IMG/VR virus record: IMGVR_UViG_3300032320_001881
Span: 38,994 to 102,993 of that record
Direction: 5' to 3' (one strand)
DNA length: 64,000 bases
From: a virus
Taxonomy: Duplodnaviria; Caudoviricetes
Below, piece by piece: positions 31,415 through 40,503 of the stretch. Within the stretch, counting starts at the first letter, position 1. Each line of letters opens with the position of its first letter. The notes beneath the pieces were generated by a model. It did no database searches, was not told the origin of the DNA, and was given only the letters and a program-made list of their open reading frames with translations. The position numbers were made by a program, and so were the translations under genes.

Positions 31415-32283
31415 TATATTCCTAATTGTGTTCTAAGCAGCGATATCGGCGTGTATACTAAATTAACAGGAAATTTTTCCTTTAATAATGTTTGCTTTGT
31501 ATTACGAAATTTATTAATATTTTCAAAACCATTAAACTTTCTTCGTCTTTCCATATCTGTAAATACAGAATGATACAGTATTGTTTTTTCTGCGCTGTAT
31601 CCTGGCCACCATTCACATTTGTAATATTTTGGGTCAGCTGTAAGTAGTTTGATTAGTTCGTGATTTAAATATGCGGCTGTTAATTCGGGTGTAGTTTGGA
31701 AAAAATAAGGAAAATGTATTGAATTTTTATTTTGAGTCCATTCTAACGACACTAATAAACTTTCTGGATGTTCTATTTGTACTATATTATCAATATCGTA
31801 ATATATTTGTTCACCGCCACCTAAAATTGCACAACCGCCCATGTTATCAATTATTTCTAATAAAAATAATTGTAAGTATCTAAAAAGATTAGTAGACTTA
31901 TAACCTTCGTTGATATATTTTTGAATTCCATTTTCGTAAAAATCAAACGGATCCATATCTATATAAGTTTGTTTTATATTAAATTTTTTACAAAATCTTT
32001 CAGCATATTCTATATCGTGTGAATTAAGGTTATCCTTATACTTAACGGTTACTACAGTAAAATCAATACCTGCTTTTAAAAAAGCTCTACAAACAACTTC
32101 GCTGTCAATGCCGCCGCTTAGAGCAATAATAATTGGTTTTGGCGTTTTAGATTTAATATACCGAGCAGTCTCTACAACTTCTTCGTCCCAACTTTTTGGA
32201 AGTCTTGATATTGTTTTAAATTTAATTGAAAACGGGTATGAATAATCAAAAGCAATATTTTCTAAATTAACTGAGTTATTCAT
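31414..32283 (-). CDS. PP-loop (SGGxDS) ATP pyrophosphatase-like
   Basis: ALSGGIDSE; C-terminal R.KF.GFE shared with 13772. Confidence 0.65.
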   Translation of the reverse strand: MNNSVNLENIAFDYSYPFSIKFKTISRLPKSWDEEVVETARYIKSKTPKPIIIALSGGIDSEVVCRAFLKAGIDFTVVTVKYKDNLNSHDIEYAERFCKKFNIKQTYIDMDPFDFYENGIQKYINEGYKSTNLFRYLQLFLLEIIDNMGGCAILGGGEQIYYDIDNIVQIEHPESLLVSLEWTQNKNSIHFPYFFQTTPELTAAYLNHELIKLLTADPKYYKCEWWPGYSAEKTILYHSVFTDMERRRKFNGFENINKFRNTKQTLLKEKFPVNLVYTPISLLRTQLGI

Positions 32284-32325
32284 TTTTTATAGTTTTATTT
32301 ATTAAGTGAGTTATCTTATTTAATT

Positions 32326-32401
32326 TGGCTCCGGTCCCTGGGATCGAACCAGGCTTCAAGGATTAACAGTCCTCTGCCTACACCGTGTTTGCTTGACCGG
32401 A
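32326..32401 (-). tRNA. tRNA-Asn(GTT)
   Basis: Cloverleaf, loop CTGTTAA, encoded CCA. Confidence 0.9.
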
Positions 32402-32410
32402 ATAATACTT

Positions 32411-32486
32411 TGGTGCCCTTTGTCGGATTCGAACTGACCACCTACTGATTACAAATCAGTTGCTCTACCAAATGAGCTAAAAGGGC
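32411..32486 (-). tRNA. tRNA-Thr(TGT)
   Basis: Cloverleaf, anticodon TGT, encoded CCA. Confidence 0.9.
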
Positions 32487-32493
32487 AATACTT

Positions 32494-32724
32494 CTACGAC
32501 TCCACCACCGCTTCTGCGGACACTTCTTTTACTACTTCGACGAAACCTTTGCGACTTTTTAATTCTGCTATTCTACGATAAATTTTAGCAACATTTTTTT
32601 TACGAGTGCTTGTTGCTAATTTTTCTAATTGTGCGATATTTAATGGACCTAAACGTTCTTTGCCGTTTTTAGTACGCATTGGGTCTGCTTTACGAGCTTT
32701 TTGATTACTGCCTTTGGTTGCCAT
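32494..32724 (-). CDS. Small basic protein
   Basis: 76 aa, AAGGA RBS. Confidence 0.6.
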   Translation of the reverse strand: MATKGSNQKARKADPMRTKNGKERLGPLNIAQLEKLATSTRKKNVAKIYRRIAELKSRKGFVEVVKEVSAEAVVES

Positions 32725-32844
32725 ATGTTTCCTTTATTATATTTTTTACTTATTATTTTTTATAAAGGAGCTAATTTTTTTGATGCTTTATTGTAAAGTT
32801 AATTTTTACCAACTTACTACAAAAAATTTAATATAAATAACACT

Positions 32845-33786
32845 ATGGAAAAACAAATTATAGGAATTGAAAACACAAACAATTATCTTTATGTTTATTG
32901 GGTTATAACTGATTTTTGCAATCAAGCCTGTAGTTATTGTCATGAAAGTTTACACAATGGATATTATTATAAACATCCAAAATTTACACCCAAAGATTTT
33001 ATAAATTTTGCTCATAAATTAGTTGAACTTTCTAAAACTACCAATAGAAAAATACTTTTAGATATAGCAGGGGGTGAACCTACAGTATACGAACAGTTAC
33101 CTGAAATAATAGAACTACTAGCGCCATATAGTATAATTTCAATTATAACTAATGGCACACGAAATATATCTTGGTGGAGTAGTTTGCCTGTTTTACCAAA
33201 TAAAGTAGTTATAACACTTCATCCTGAATATTATGATAATAAAAAAATTCGTGTTAACGATTTAGCTGATTTCCTAACTGAAAAATCAATCAATTTTCAA
33301 TTTAACTTAATGTGTTTGCCTGATAGATGGAACCAAGTTATGATGATTTATAATGACATTGAAGAGGGTTATAGATCATTAATTATACCAAAAATAATAC
33401 AAGATCAAGGACGTGAGGCTCGTCCGTTGTATCTTTATTCAAACGACCAATTAGCCTTTATTAAAGAAAAACATCCTAAGTCAATAAAAGGGCTTCAAAA
33501 TATTAAACCAGCATTTGTGCATTATTCGGATAGCTCTAAAGAAGTCCTTAAGTCAAATGTATTAATGGCTCAAAATAAGCATTATTTTAAAAGATGGGCG
33601 TGTAGTGCTGGTTCTGCAGGTATAAGCGTTTGGCCTAGCGGCATAGTGAATGCGGGCATATGCTCCACCACAAATTTGGGTGATATTATAAATTTTAAAC
33701 TGCTTGACGAATATCTATTATGTAATAGAACTTCATGTGTCTGTCCTGCCGATATTGCCTTAGACAAATATAAAATTATTGATTAA
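32845..33786 (+). CDS. Radical SAM protein with C-terminal Twitch/SPASM-like domain
   Basis: CNQACSYC, AGGEPT, C-terminal CSAG..GIC..C..CVC; paralog of 11177. Confidence 0.85.
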   Translation: MEKQIIGIENTNNYLYVYWVITDFCNQACSYCHESLHNGYYYKHPKFTPKDFINFAHKLVELSKTTNRKILLDIAGGEPTVYEQLPEIIELLAPYSIISIITNGTRNISWWSSLPVLPNKVVITLHPEYYDNKKIRVNDLADFLTEKSINFQFNLMCLPDRWNQVMMIYNDIEEGYRSLIIPKIIQDQGREARPLYLYSNDQLAFIKEKHPKSIKGLQNIKPAFVHYSDSSKEVLKSNVLMAQNKHYFKRWACSAGSAGISVWPSGIVNAGICSTTNLGDIINFKLLDEYLLCNRTSCVCPADIALDKYKIID

Positions 33787-33982
33787 GTTGTCTTAATATT
33801 TCTTCCAATGTTTCTTTTACTTCCCATGTGCCGTGGGGCGGTATAAAAATAAAAGTAACTTGATCAGTACGGCCATCCTCTCGGTCGATCTCATTCTCAT
33901 GCATAGTTACAATACTATCAGAATTAATGGAAATCAACTTTCCTGTAAATGGCGGTTTGGCGTTTGTTAAAGTAATAAACAT
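33776..33982 (-). CDS. FlbD-like small protein
   Basis: MFITLT..INSDSI..VKETLEEI pattern. Confidence 0.5.
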   Translation of the reverse strand: MFITLTNAKPPFTGKLISINSDSIVTMHENEIDREDGRTDQVTFIFIPPHGTWEVKETLEEILRQLNQ

Positions 33983-33996
33983 TTACTATTTATTTT

Positions 33997-34089
33997 TGGC
34001 GGAGAGCTAGGGATTCGAACCCCAGATGGACTGTTTAGATCCATGCCCGCTTAGTAGGCGGGTGCCTTCGACCGCTCGGCCAGCTCTCC
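33997..34089 (-). tRNA. tRNA-Ser(ACT)
   Basis: GGAGAGC/GCTCTCC-G-CCA, long variable arm, stem CCCGC/GCGGG, loop CT-ACT-AA. Confidence 0.85.
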
Positions 34090-34097
34090 GTTAACAT

Positions 34098-34400
34098 TTA
34101 CTGTCGACTGCGCTTTGATACAGCAGTAGATTTAAGTAAATATTCCGCGGCATCAATTTTGCCAGCTTCGATTTCCAGTAGTACTGTAACTAAATCTCCA
34201 TATGTTGACGGTACTTTCCTAGCATGACCCGAACGCAATTCGCGAATGCGAGCGGCACCAATTGAAATTAATTCATATCGGCCAACTACTTTGGCCGCCG
34301 CTTCTGAAGTGCGGCCTACAGTACTAGTTGGGTCATAATTAGATTGTACTAATCGTGGAACAATTTTATCGCCTGTTAACGGTTGTTGAACTAATTTCAT
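34098..34400 (-). CDS. RNA polymerase omega subunit-like protein
   Basis: RYELISIGAARIREL..VTVLLEIEAGKI matches the RpoZ pattern RF.LV..AA.RAR..T.IAL.EI..G.I. Confidence 0.65.
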   Translation of the reverse strand: MKLVQQPLTGDKIVPRLVQSNYDPTSTVGRTSEAAAKVVGRYELISIGAARIRELRSGHARKVPSTYGDLVTVLLEIEAGKIDAAEYLLKSTAVSKRSRQ

Positions 34401-34419
34401 ATTATACCTTTGTGGTTGA

Positions 34420-34590
34420 TTATCGTGCTAAAATTTGTGAATTACGGAATGCTTTAATAATTTCGTATGTTTTTTTCTTGCTTGCCATTATTTGACGACT
34501 AGCTTCTGATCGCTTTTCAGTTTTGGTCCATTGACCAGCCAAAGTTCTTTGTAGATCTGAAGTAGTTTGTTGTTTTTGCGGTTTAGTCAT
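34420..34590 (-). CDS. Small basic protein
   Basis: MTKPQKQQ.. after AAGGA RBS. Confidence 0.55.
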   Translation of the reverse strand: MTKPQKQQTTSDLQRTLAGQWTKTEKRSEASRQIMASKKKTYEIIKAFRNSQILAR

Positions 34591-34621
34591 ATTAAATTCC
34601 TTGGTAATTGAGTGTAGTACT

Positions 34622-34650
34622 ATTATAAGGTCGATCACTAATAATGTCAA
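34622..34650 (-). promoter_or_regulatory. Sigma70-type promoter
   Basis: TTGACA-17-TATAAT. Confidence 0.75.
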
Positions 34651-34675
34651 GTTCTTTGGCTTACAGCCGAATTTT

Positions 34676-35293
34676 TTATTGGTTAAAAATTGGCATGCTG
34701 TCGACATTAAATAATTTGATATTTGTTGTGTCGAATATAAATTTTAAATCATCGATTGTTTTAGCATTTTTAACACTTTCTATCATTTTTAATTTAGCAG
34801 ATTTAATAATGAAGCTTGATTTTTGATATTCGCTTATTTTGAAATTCAATAATTTAACAGCATCTTCCTTTGAACAATTATAAGTATCTTCATATACATT
34901 GATCCATTCATCTTGCAATGGACCTTCGACTGATTCTAAATAGAAAGTATTGGGCAAATCCATGCGCTCGCTATAAAATGAAAATAATCCGTTTAATAGA
35001 TCAAATACTTGGCATTTATATCTTAAAAATTTTATTCTTTCTTCTTCTTGTTTTGTTTCGAATGGTTGTTCTTTGATAACCAATGATTTAGTATTTGGCA
35101 CATAAAATAATTTAAATTTTTCGTACTCCTTGTAAACATCAATACTAGGATGGCCAGTAAAACTTCTATAGTTTAGCGAAGGATCTATAATAGGAGGTAT
35201 AGCTCCGGGCATATAAGATAACCAAACTATTTGTTCGGTTACAGACTCTACTAACATTTTAAAGCGTTGTGCTGGAATAGTTCTTTGGTTCAT
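34676..35293 (-). CDS. Hypothetical helical protein, partner of 35290
   Basis: C-terminus resembles that of 29099-29755. Confidence 0.55.
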   Translation of the reverse strand: MNQRTIPAQRFKMLVESVTEQIVWLSYMPGAIPPIIDPSLNYRSFTGHPSIDVYKEYEKFKLFYVPNTKSLVIKEQPFETKQEEERIKFLRYKCQVFDLLNGLFSFYSERMDLPNTFYLESVEGPLQDEWINVYEDTYNCSKEDAVKLLNFKISEYQKSSFIIKSAKLKMIESVKNAKTIDDLKFIFDTTNIKLFNVDSMPIFNQ

Positions 35294-36342
35294 AATTGTT
35301 TATTTGTAAAATCCCATAAAACATTATTATTTTTTATGTATAGTTGACTTTTATATATTAGTCGTAAACTCAATCTTTGACTGTAGATTTTATTTTTATT
35401 TAGGTAGTGTAAATCGTTAGTATGATTTACAATATACTCTTTAAACCAGCGCCTTCCTTCTTCATAAGAAGAAATATTAGGATTGGTGCTCAAATATTCA
35501 TAACTGAATGTTGTAATCAAATCGCTATAAAAAAATCTATATACTTTGCTTTCATCTAATATTGAATTATTATCTTTAGTTGTTGACCAAATATAAGGCC
35601 TAGCAAGCTCGTCTTGATAAGTGAGACATTGGCTAAACCACCATACTAATTGGTTAATACTTGATATTTCAAAAATAGATTTTTTCCGCAGTATGTCAAG
35701 CATTTCTAAAAATAATTCAGCCCCGTCAATTTTTTGAATATACGGTATTAATTTTTGCCAATTGTCGTTTAAATTTAAATTTGGATCATTATTAGTAAGA
35801 GAAATAGCATCGCTACTAGCAATAATATAATCTCCCATATCCCCTGTGATTAGATAAGCATTATCATCATTCATGATTTTATTGTAATCAATAAATTCAA
35901 ACGGAATAGTAGGTAATATAGTATTATAAAATAATTCGGGATATTCTTGAATACTTGTGCTGTTCATGCAAACTTTAATTTTTCCTGATTGTAATTTTTC
36001 TTTATATAAAGGATGCCGCATTAAAGCACACAAAGCTACAGTACTATCCACGCCGCCGCTGTAGGCTAAGTGTATTGTTTTGTCACCAGCCAAACGGTAT
36101 ATTTCGTCGGCAGTCTTATCTAACACATGGAAAAATTTGTCACGATGGTCATTAGTGATATTTGTGAAGTTATATATAGGAGTTTTTACAATATTAGCAC
36201 AATTAATTTCCAATCTATTGTCTAATAAATCAAAACGATCAACTGGAAATTCAAATCTGTAAGCTACATCCGAATAACTTTTTCTATACGGTTTACTTGC
36301 TATATCAATATTGCCCCAAGCCGCCCAAATAATTTGAGTCAT
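35290..36342 (-). CDS. PP-loop (SGGxDS) ATP pyrophosphatase, asparagine synthase-like
   Basis: AYSGGVDST, ITGDMGD; paralog of 29746. Confidence 0.65.
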   Translation of the reverse strand: MTQIIWAAWGNIDIASKPYRKSYSDVAYRFEFPVDRFDLLDNRLEINCANIVKTPIYNFTNITNDHRDKFFHVLDKTADEIYRLAGDKTIHLAYSGGVDSTVALCALMRHPLYKEKLQSGKIKVCMNSTSIQEYPELFYNTILPTIPFEFIDYNKIMNDDNAYLITGDMGDYIIASSDAISLTNNDPNLNLNDNWQKLIPYIQKIDGAELFLEMLDILRKKSIFEISSINQLVWWFSQCLTYQDELARPYIWSTTKDNNSILDESKVYRFFYSDLITTFSYEYLSTNPNISSYEEGRRWFKEYIVNHTNDLHYLNKNKIYSQRLSLRLIYKSQLYIKNNNVLWDFTNKQL

Positions 36343-36343
36343 T

Positions 36344-36799
36344 TTAAATTGATTTTTCCATGCGATAAAATACAGGTTTCATTCCAACGCTTTCGCAACT
36401 AGCCTGTCTAGGTTTATTATCTAGATGAACAAAACTGGCTATTTTAGTTGATCCTAATTTTTTTGCTTGTATTTCGAAATGTTTATGCATAATTTTATAA
36501 AGACCTAAATTCCGATAATCTTCGTCAACACAACTGAAAACTATCCAAGCAGTATTATATACATCTTTTAACATATCAAATACAATATGAGCAACAATTT
36601 TGCTGTCAATTTCTATATAAACAGCCTTATTTGTATTTGCTCCGGTCATAATAGGGTGAGCATAACCTTGCTCTATTAAAGCTGCATAGTTCTTAAGGAA
36701 AAATGGAAGCACAGGAGTATCGGCTATGGCATCTGTTAATTTAACTATAACATTTTGATTTTTTTTGTTTAATTCTTGTCCTAGCACAACAATGCTCAT
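36344..36799 (-). CDS. GNAT-family acetyltransferase
   Basis: VDEDYRNLGLY motif A, VHLDN. Confidence 0.7.
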   Translation of the reverse strand: MSIVVLGQELNKKNQNVIVKLTDAIADTPVLPFFLKNYAALIEQGYAHPIMTGANTNKAVYIEIDSKIVAHIVFDMLKDVYNTAWIVFSCVDEDYRNLGLYKIMHKHFEIQAKKLGSTKIASFVHLDNKPRQASCESVGMKPVFYRMEKSI

Positions 36800-36886
36800 G
36801 TAAATTCCTTTAATCTTGAGCAAATATTTATGATCGATTTTTAAGTAAAGAAATTTTTAAAACTAAATATTAACACAGAAAAAATT

Positions 36887-37465
36887 ATGTCATATTATAA
36901 AACAGTAACTTGGGCAAATCCCGCAAAAGAAAAAATCCTTTCTTTAATTACAACGCCAACAATTCAAAATCCAAAAATAGGTTATGTTGGGCGAATATCT
37001 AATGACGAACAACTCAGTATTTTAAAACTACTAAATGTAAATAAAAAATTATACGATCAACATAATATATTGTTAATATATTTTTTGCCAAACGCTAAGA
37101 TTATGATTCACACAGATAATAGACCAAACGTTCCCAAACAACATCAGGCACACCAAACACTTATCTTACCTTTAAAAAATTGTGAAAAGATTAAATGGGG
37201 ATGGCATGAAGTTATCAACCCCGCAGGTATATTTAATTATGGTGAAGATAATAGATTTAATCCTGTGCCAAATGTACAAAAAGAGGACACAAAAGTTCTC
37301 AAAGAAATATATTGCGTTGATCCATTCATAGCTAACATAAAGCAATGGCACAATCTTATTAATGAAGGCGACGATATTGCTATTGGTATTAGTTTAAGAT
37401 TATTACCATGGAGTTGTGAAGTAGATTTTACTAAGCCACCTGTTCCAGATATTACAATACTATAA
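36887..37465 (+). CDS. Putative 2OG-Fe(II)/cupin oxygenase
   Basis: IHTD..LILPL..WHNL.N..SLR. Confidence 0.5.
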   Translation: MSYYKTVTWANPAKEKILSLITTPTIQNPKIGYVGRISNDEQLSILKLLNVNKKLYDQHNILLIYFLPNAKIMIHTDNRPNVPKQHQAHQTLILPLKNCEKIKWGWHEVINPAGIFNYGEDNRFNPVPNVQKEDTKVLKEIYCVDPFIANIKQWHNLINEGDDIAIGISLRLLPWSCEVDFTKPPVPDITIL

Positions 37466-37473
37466 ATAGTAGC

Positions 37474-38001
37474 ATGGAATATCATAGCATAGTATCTGTT
37501 TCTAATTGGAATTTAATTCAAAAAAAGTTTATACATAAGTTAAACATAATAGAAAATCAAAGGCAGATATTATTATCTGCCAAAGAAAAAAAATGGTTGT
37601 CAGATCAACTTTTACCCGATATTGAATCTATAACTGGCAAACAACATAAAATAACTCATGCTATACTTTTTATACAACAGCCTAAATCTGAATGTTCTAT
37701 TCATATTGATGGCATAAAACCTAATCGGGTAGACCATCCTAATTGGGCTGTTAACATTCCTATTACTGAAAGTGATGCCGAAATGTCTTGGTACGAAGGA
37801 GTATATTCGTTAAATATCAAAGATAGCCAAGGACTTGCTTATCTTGATATTGATTGGCGACACGGGCCAAACTTAGCTAAAACTATAAAAATTGATCGAC
37901 CAACAATAGTAAAAATTGATAAACCTCATAAGGTGGTTAATTTTTCAAATCATATAAGAATAATACTCAGTGTGCGCTTTAACCCAGATATATCTATATA
38001 G
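37474..38001 (+). CDS. Putative 2OG-Fe(II)/cupin oxygenase
   Basis: IHIDG..NIPI..PHKVVN..SVRF; paralog of 41240. Confidence 0.55.
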   Translation: MEYHSIVSVSNWNLIQKKFIHKLNIIENQRQILLSAKEKKWLSDQLLPDIESITGKQHKITHAILFIQQPKSECSIHIDGIKPNRVDHPNWAVNIPITESDAEMSWYEGVYSLNIKDSQGLAYLDIDWRHGPNLAKTIKIDRPTIVKIDKPHKVVNFSNHIRIILSVRFNPDISI

Positions 38002-38620
38002 TTCCGGGATCATTCAATCCCAATTGATCAAAACCCCAGCGTCGTTCGTTACAGCCATTACACCCATTACATCTTCCTACTTGCGATTGTTCGCCAGCAC
38101 AACTGTGAGTTATATAAAATAAAGGCTCCTGTTTAAATTTAATAATTATCTCTATAATATGGCTTTTATTAATTGATTGAAACGGTGTTTTAAATTTAGC
38201 AGTTTCTTTGCTAGGTATAGGCTGCCAATTTATCATATGTTGGGGTAGTTGTTCTATAACTCCAGCATATATAACATCAAATCCTAATTCTATAGCGTGA
38301 TTCACTCCAGACTTTACTTGTTCTTCTTCTGGCAAAGTATTATTGCCAACAATTATTGGATCGCAATAAGGTATTTTTAATGATTGATTAACATGACCAA
38401 TAACCAAACTACTAAAATACTTTGACCCTTCTTTACGCATAATAGAAATAGGAACTATTTCGTGTATGTTACCTCTTAATTTATTTTCTAATAGTAATAG
38501 ATAATATAAAATAGCACTATCTAACCCACCACTGACAAGTACACCTATTTTAGATTTTTGTGTAGGGAGAGTAATCAAGACCGTACGCTTATCGGTTTCT
38601 GGGCCACAAATTATGTTCAT
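37994..38620 (-). CDS. QueC-like PP-loop protein
   Basis: VSGGLDS, THSC..CNGCNGC.ER zinc motif. Confidence 0.6.
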   Translation of the reverse strand: MNIICGPETDKRTVLITLPTQKSKIGVLVSGGLDSAILYYLLLLENKLRGNIHEIVPISIMRKEGSKYFSSLVIGHVNQSLKIPYCDPIIVGNNTLPEEEQVKSGVNHAIELGFDVIYAGVIEQLPQHMINWQPIPSKETAKFKTPFQSINKSHIIEIIIKFKQEPLFYITHSCAGEQSQVGRCNGCNGCNERRWGFDQLGLNDPGTI

Positions 38621-38637
38621 TATAATCTATTTAGTAA

Positions 38638-38725
38638 TGGTGCCCCGGATGGGATTCGAACCCACAACTAGGTTTTTCCTTCTTCCTTTTAAGAGAAGTG
38701 CGTCTGCCAATTTCGCCACCGGGGT
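38638..38725 (-). tRNA. tRNA-Leu(TAA), atypical
   Basis: Loop CTTAAAA, long variable arm, A1:C72 mismatch, CCA. Confidence 0.75.
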
Positions 38726-38785
38726 ATAAGTGTAGGGTTTCCACCTACTTCCACTTCACTTTAGAGTCTGCGTGTCCAAGACTTG

Positions 38786-39397
38786 TTACATGGTTACTTG
38801 TGTAGTGCCGTTGCCATTTAGGAACCCAATGGTACCACCTTCTGCCTTAATCCGTTTGATTACATCTTCGAACAGGATAGGAGCAAAATCAGTTTGTTCC
38901 ACGCACACACAATGATATCGGACATCAATCCATTGCCTTACTCCGCGGGTCATAAACTCGTGTGTGGTTTGTGCTGTTTTCATCACACGATTGGCGTGAG
39001 TGTGTCCGTGGATGTTGACACCAAACCGACCCAGGCTTTCCTCATGGATAGGAATGTGACTCAAAATCATTCCATTCATTACATGATATGCACGAAGTTC
39101 ACGAAAGTATTCGCGATACTCCACATCTGGGAAGATATCGTGATTGCCGCGGATCAAGACCTTGTCACCGTTGAGTCGGCCCAGGGTTTTTAACGATTTC
39201 CTGTTGATGACTACGTCACCCAAGTGGTAGACCTTGTCTGTGGGCTTGACTCTTTCGTTCCATGCCTTGACCATAGCTTCATCCATTTCATCGGGATCGG
39301 TCCATGGTCGAAGTTTTGTCACACCATCATTGCGGGTAAAGCGGCACACACCCGCGTGACCAAAGTGTGTATCGCTAACTAGAAATACAGCGGGCAT
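38786..39397 (-). CDS. Calcineurin-like metallophosphoesterase
   Basis: SDTHFGH, HLGDV, GNHD, HGHTH. Confidence 0.9.
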   Translation of the reverse strand: MPAVFLVSDTHFGHAGVCRFTRNDGVTKLRPWTDPDEMDEAMVKAWNERVKPTDKVYHLGDVVINRKSLKTLGRLNGDKVLIRGNHDIFPDVEYREYFRELRAYHVMNGMILSHIPIHEESLGRFGVNIHGHTHANRVMKTAQTTHEFMTRGVRQWIDVRYHCVCVEQTDFAPILFEDVIKRIKAEGGTIGFLNGNGTTQVTM

Positions 39398-39424
39398 AAC
39401 GCCTCCTTTCTTTGTTAACAGGGT

Positions 39425-39964
39425 TTATAGGTTGTTTGTTTCTGCGAGCATTTTACAAACTTCATCATATGAAAATTCTTTAGTTTGTAATACTAATGCT
39501 TTTCTTATACCGTATTTGGTACAAGTTACTGAATGTGGATTAGTAACATCTAAAATAAATGCTTCTCCATCCTTAGCTATAAAATTATCTTGTTCAGCTA
39601 AGTCAGTTAATTCAAAAAGTGCTCCGTTAGTTTGATTTTCAATTTTTGAAGTTGTGGGATCGTTTGATTTAATTGAATAAAATTTTGTAATGGCATCTTG
39701 TGACTCTATATAAAAATTAATTGTAGCTAAAATGCCGCTATCAGTATGCGGCCTAACATGACAATTTATTTTCATAGATAACAATACAAATTTATTACGA
39801 TATTGTTCGGGGATTACTTCAAACAATTTAATGTTTGGTCCAATCGTTACAACGTCATATGAAATTCCATAAAAACTATCATCTCTAACTTTTCCATATC
39901 GTACTTGATTTTCTAGGGTTTGATAATCACTAAAAGTAAAGGTATTTTTTAATTTTTTAAACAT
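39425..39964 (-). CDS. Putative 2OG-Fe(II)/cupin oxygenase
   Basis: PHTD..INFYI..PHSV..R. Confidence 0.5.
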   Translation of the reverse strand: MFKKLKNTFTFSDYQTLENQVRYGKVRDDSFYGISYDVVTIGPNIKLFEVIPEQYRNKFVLLSMKINCHVRPHTDSGILATINFYIESQDAITKFYSIKSNDPTTSKIENQTNGALFELTDLAEQDNFIAKDGEAFILDVTNPHSVTCTKYGIRKALVLQTKEFSYDEVCKMLAETNNL

Positions 39965-40042
39965 AGTGATATTTAGTTGATATATTTGAGATATTGCTAA
40001 AAGTTTTATTCATATTTTTTATAAAAAAAGAGGGTTGAAGTA

Positions 40043-40273
40043 TTAACCCCAAACCTCTTTATACTTGCGAATTGCTAGTTGCCTAGCAAGCCATAATCTA
40101 AATTTTACATAATCACTTAAACCAGATTCTTCTGTGATTAGTTCTGGACGACGATACCCAACTTGAAAGTCTAGGTATTCGTCATAAAATTCGACTTCGT
40201 CGTCTTCGAATACTAGATTACTTAGCGGCTTTAGCGTCCTTGGCAGGAGCAGCTTTTGCGTCGCTTTTGGCAT
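40043..40273 (-). CDS. Hypothetical protein (start uncertain)
   Basis: Coding-like C-terminal half; 5' part overlaps 40218-40406. Confidence 0.4.
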   Translation of the reverse strand: MPKATQKLLLPRTLKPLSNLVFEDDEVEFYDEYLDFQVGYRRPELITEESGLSDYVKFRLWLARQLAIRKYKEVWG

Positions 40274-40406
40274 CAGCCTTTTTGGCTTCTTCTTTCTTAG
40301 CAGGTGCCGCAGCTGCTGGTTTTGCTTCTTCTTTCTTAGCAGGAGCTGTTTGAGCTACAGCGGAAAGTGCGAATACGGATGCTACGATTGCGAGTAATGC
40401 TTTCAT
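40218..40406 (-). CDS. Small secreted Ala/Lys-rich protein
   Basis: Signal peptide (..SAVA-Q) plus APAKKEEAK repeats; AAGGA RBS. Confidence 0.75.
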   Translation of the reverse strand: MKALLAIVASVFALSAVAQTAPAKKEEAKPAAAAPAKKEEAKKADAKSDAKAAPAKDAKAAK

Positions 40407-40503
40407 TTTAAGTTTCCTTTTAAAGTTAATATGTTAAGAAACCTCCTAACATACTATAATAACGCCTTAATTTACTAACGGGTTGACAGCGATCTTATCA
40501 AAA

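Noticed and set aside
34046-34062. Amber-suppressor reading (CTA) of the Ser tRNA loop, or genetic recoding
   Set aside because: In the 7-nt loop CTACTAA the anticodon positions are ACT; long genes are intact in the standard code and TAG/TGA act as stops
37994-38620. Naming this gene queC
   Set aside because: Divergent, far from the folE/queD/queE cluster and one of five PP-loop paralogs; kept as QueC-like
40240-40345. Direct repeat TTCTTCTTTCTTAGCAGG
   Set aside because: Encodes the APAKKEEAK peptide repeat; not CRISPR or an att site
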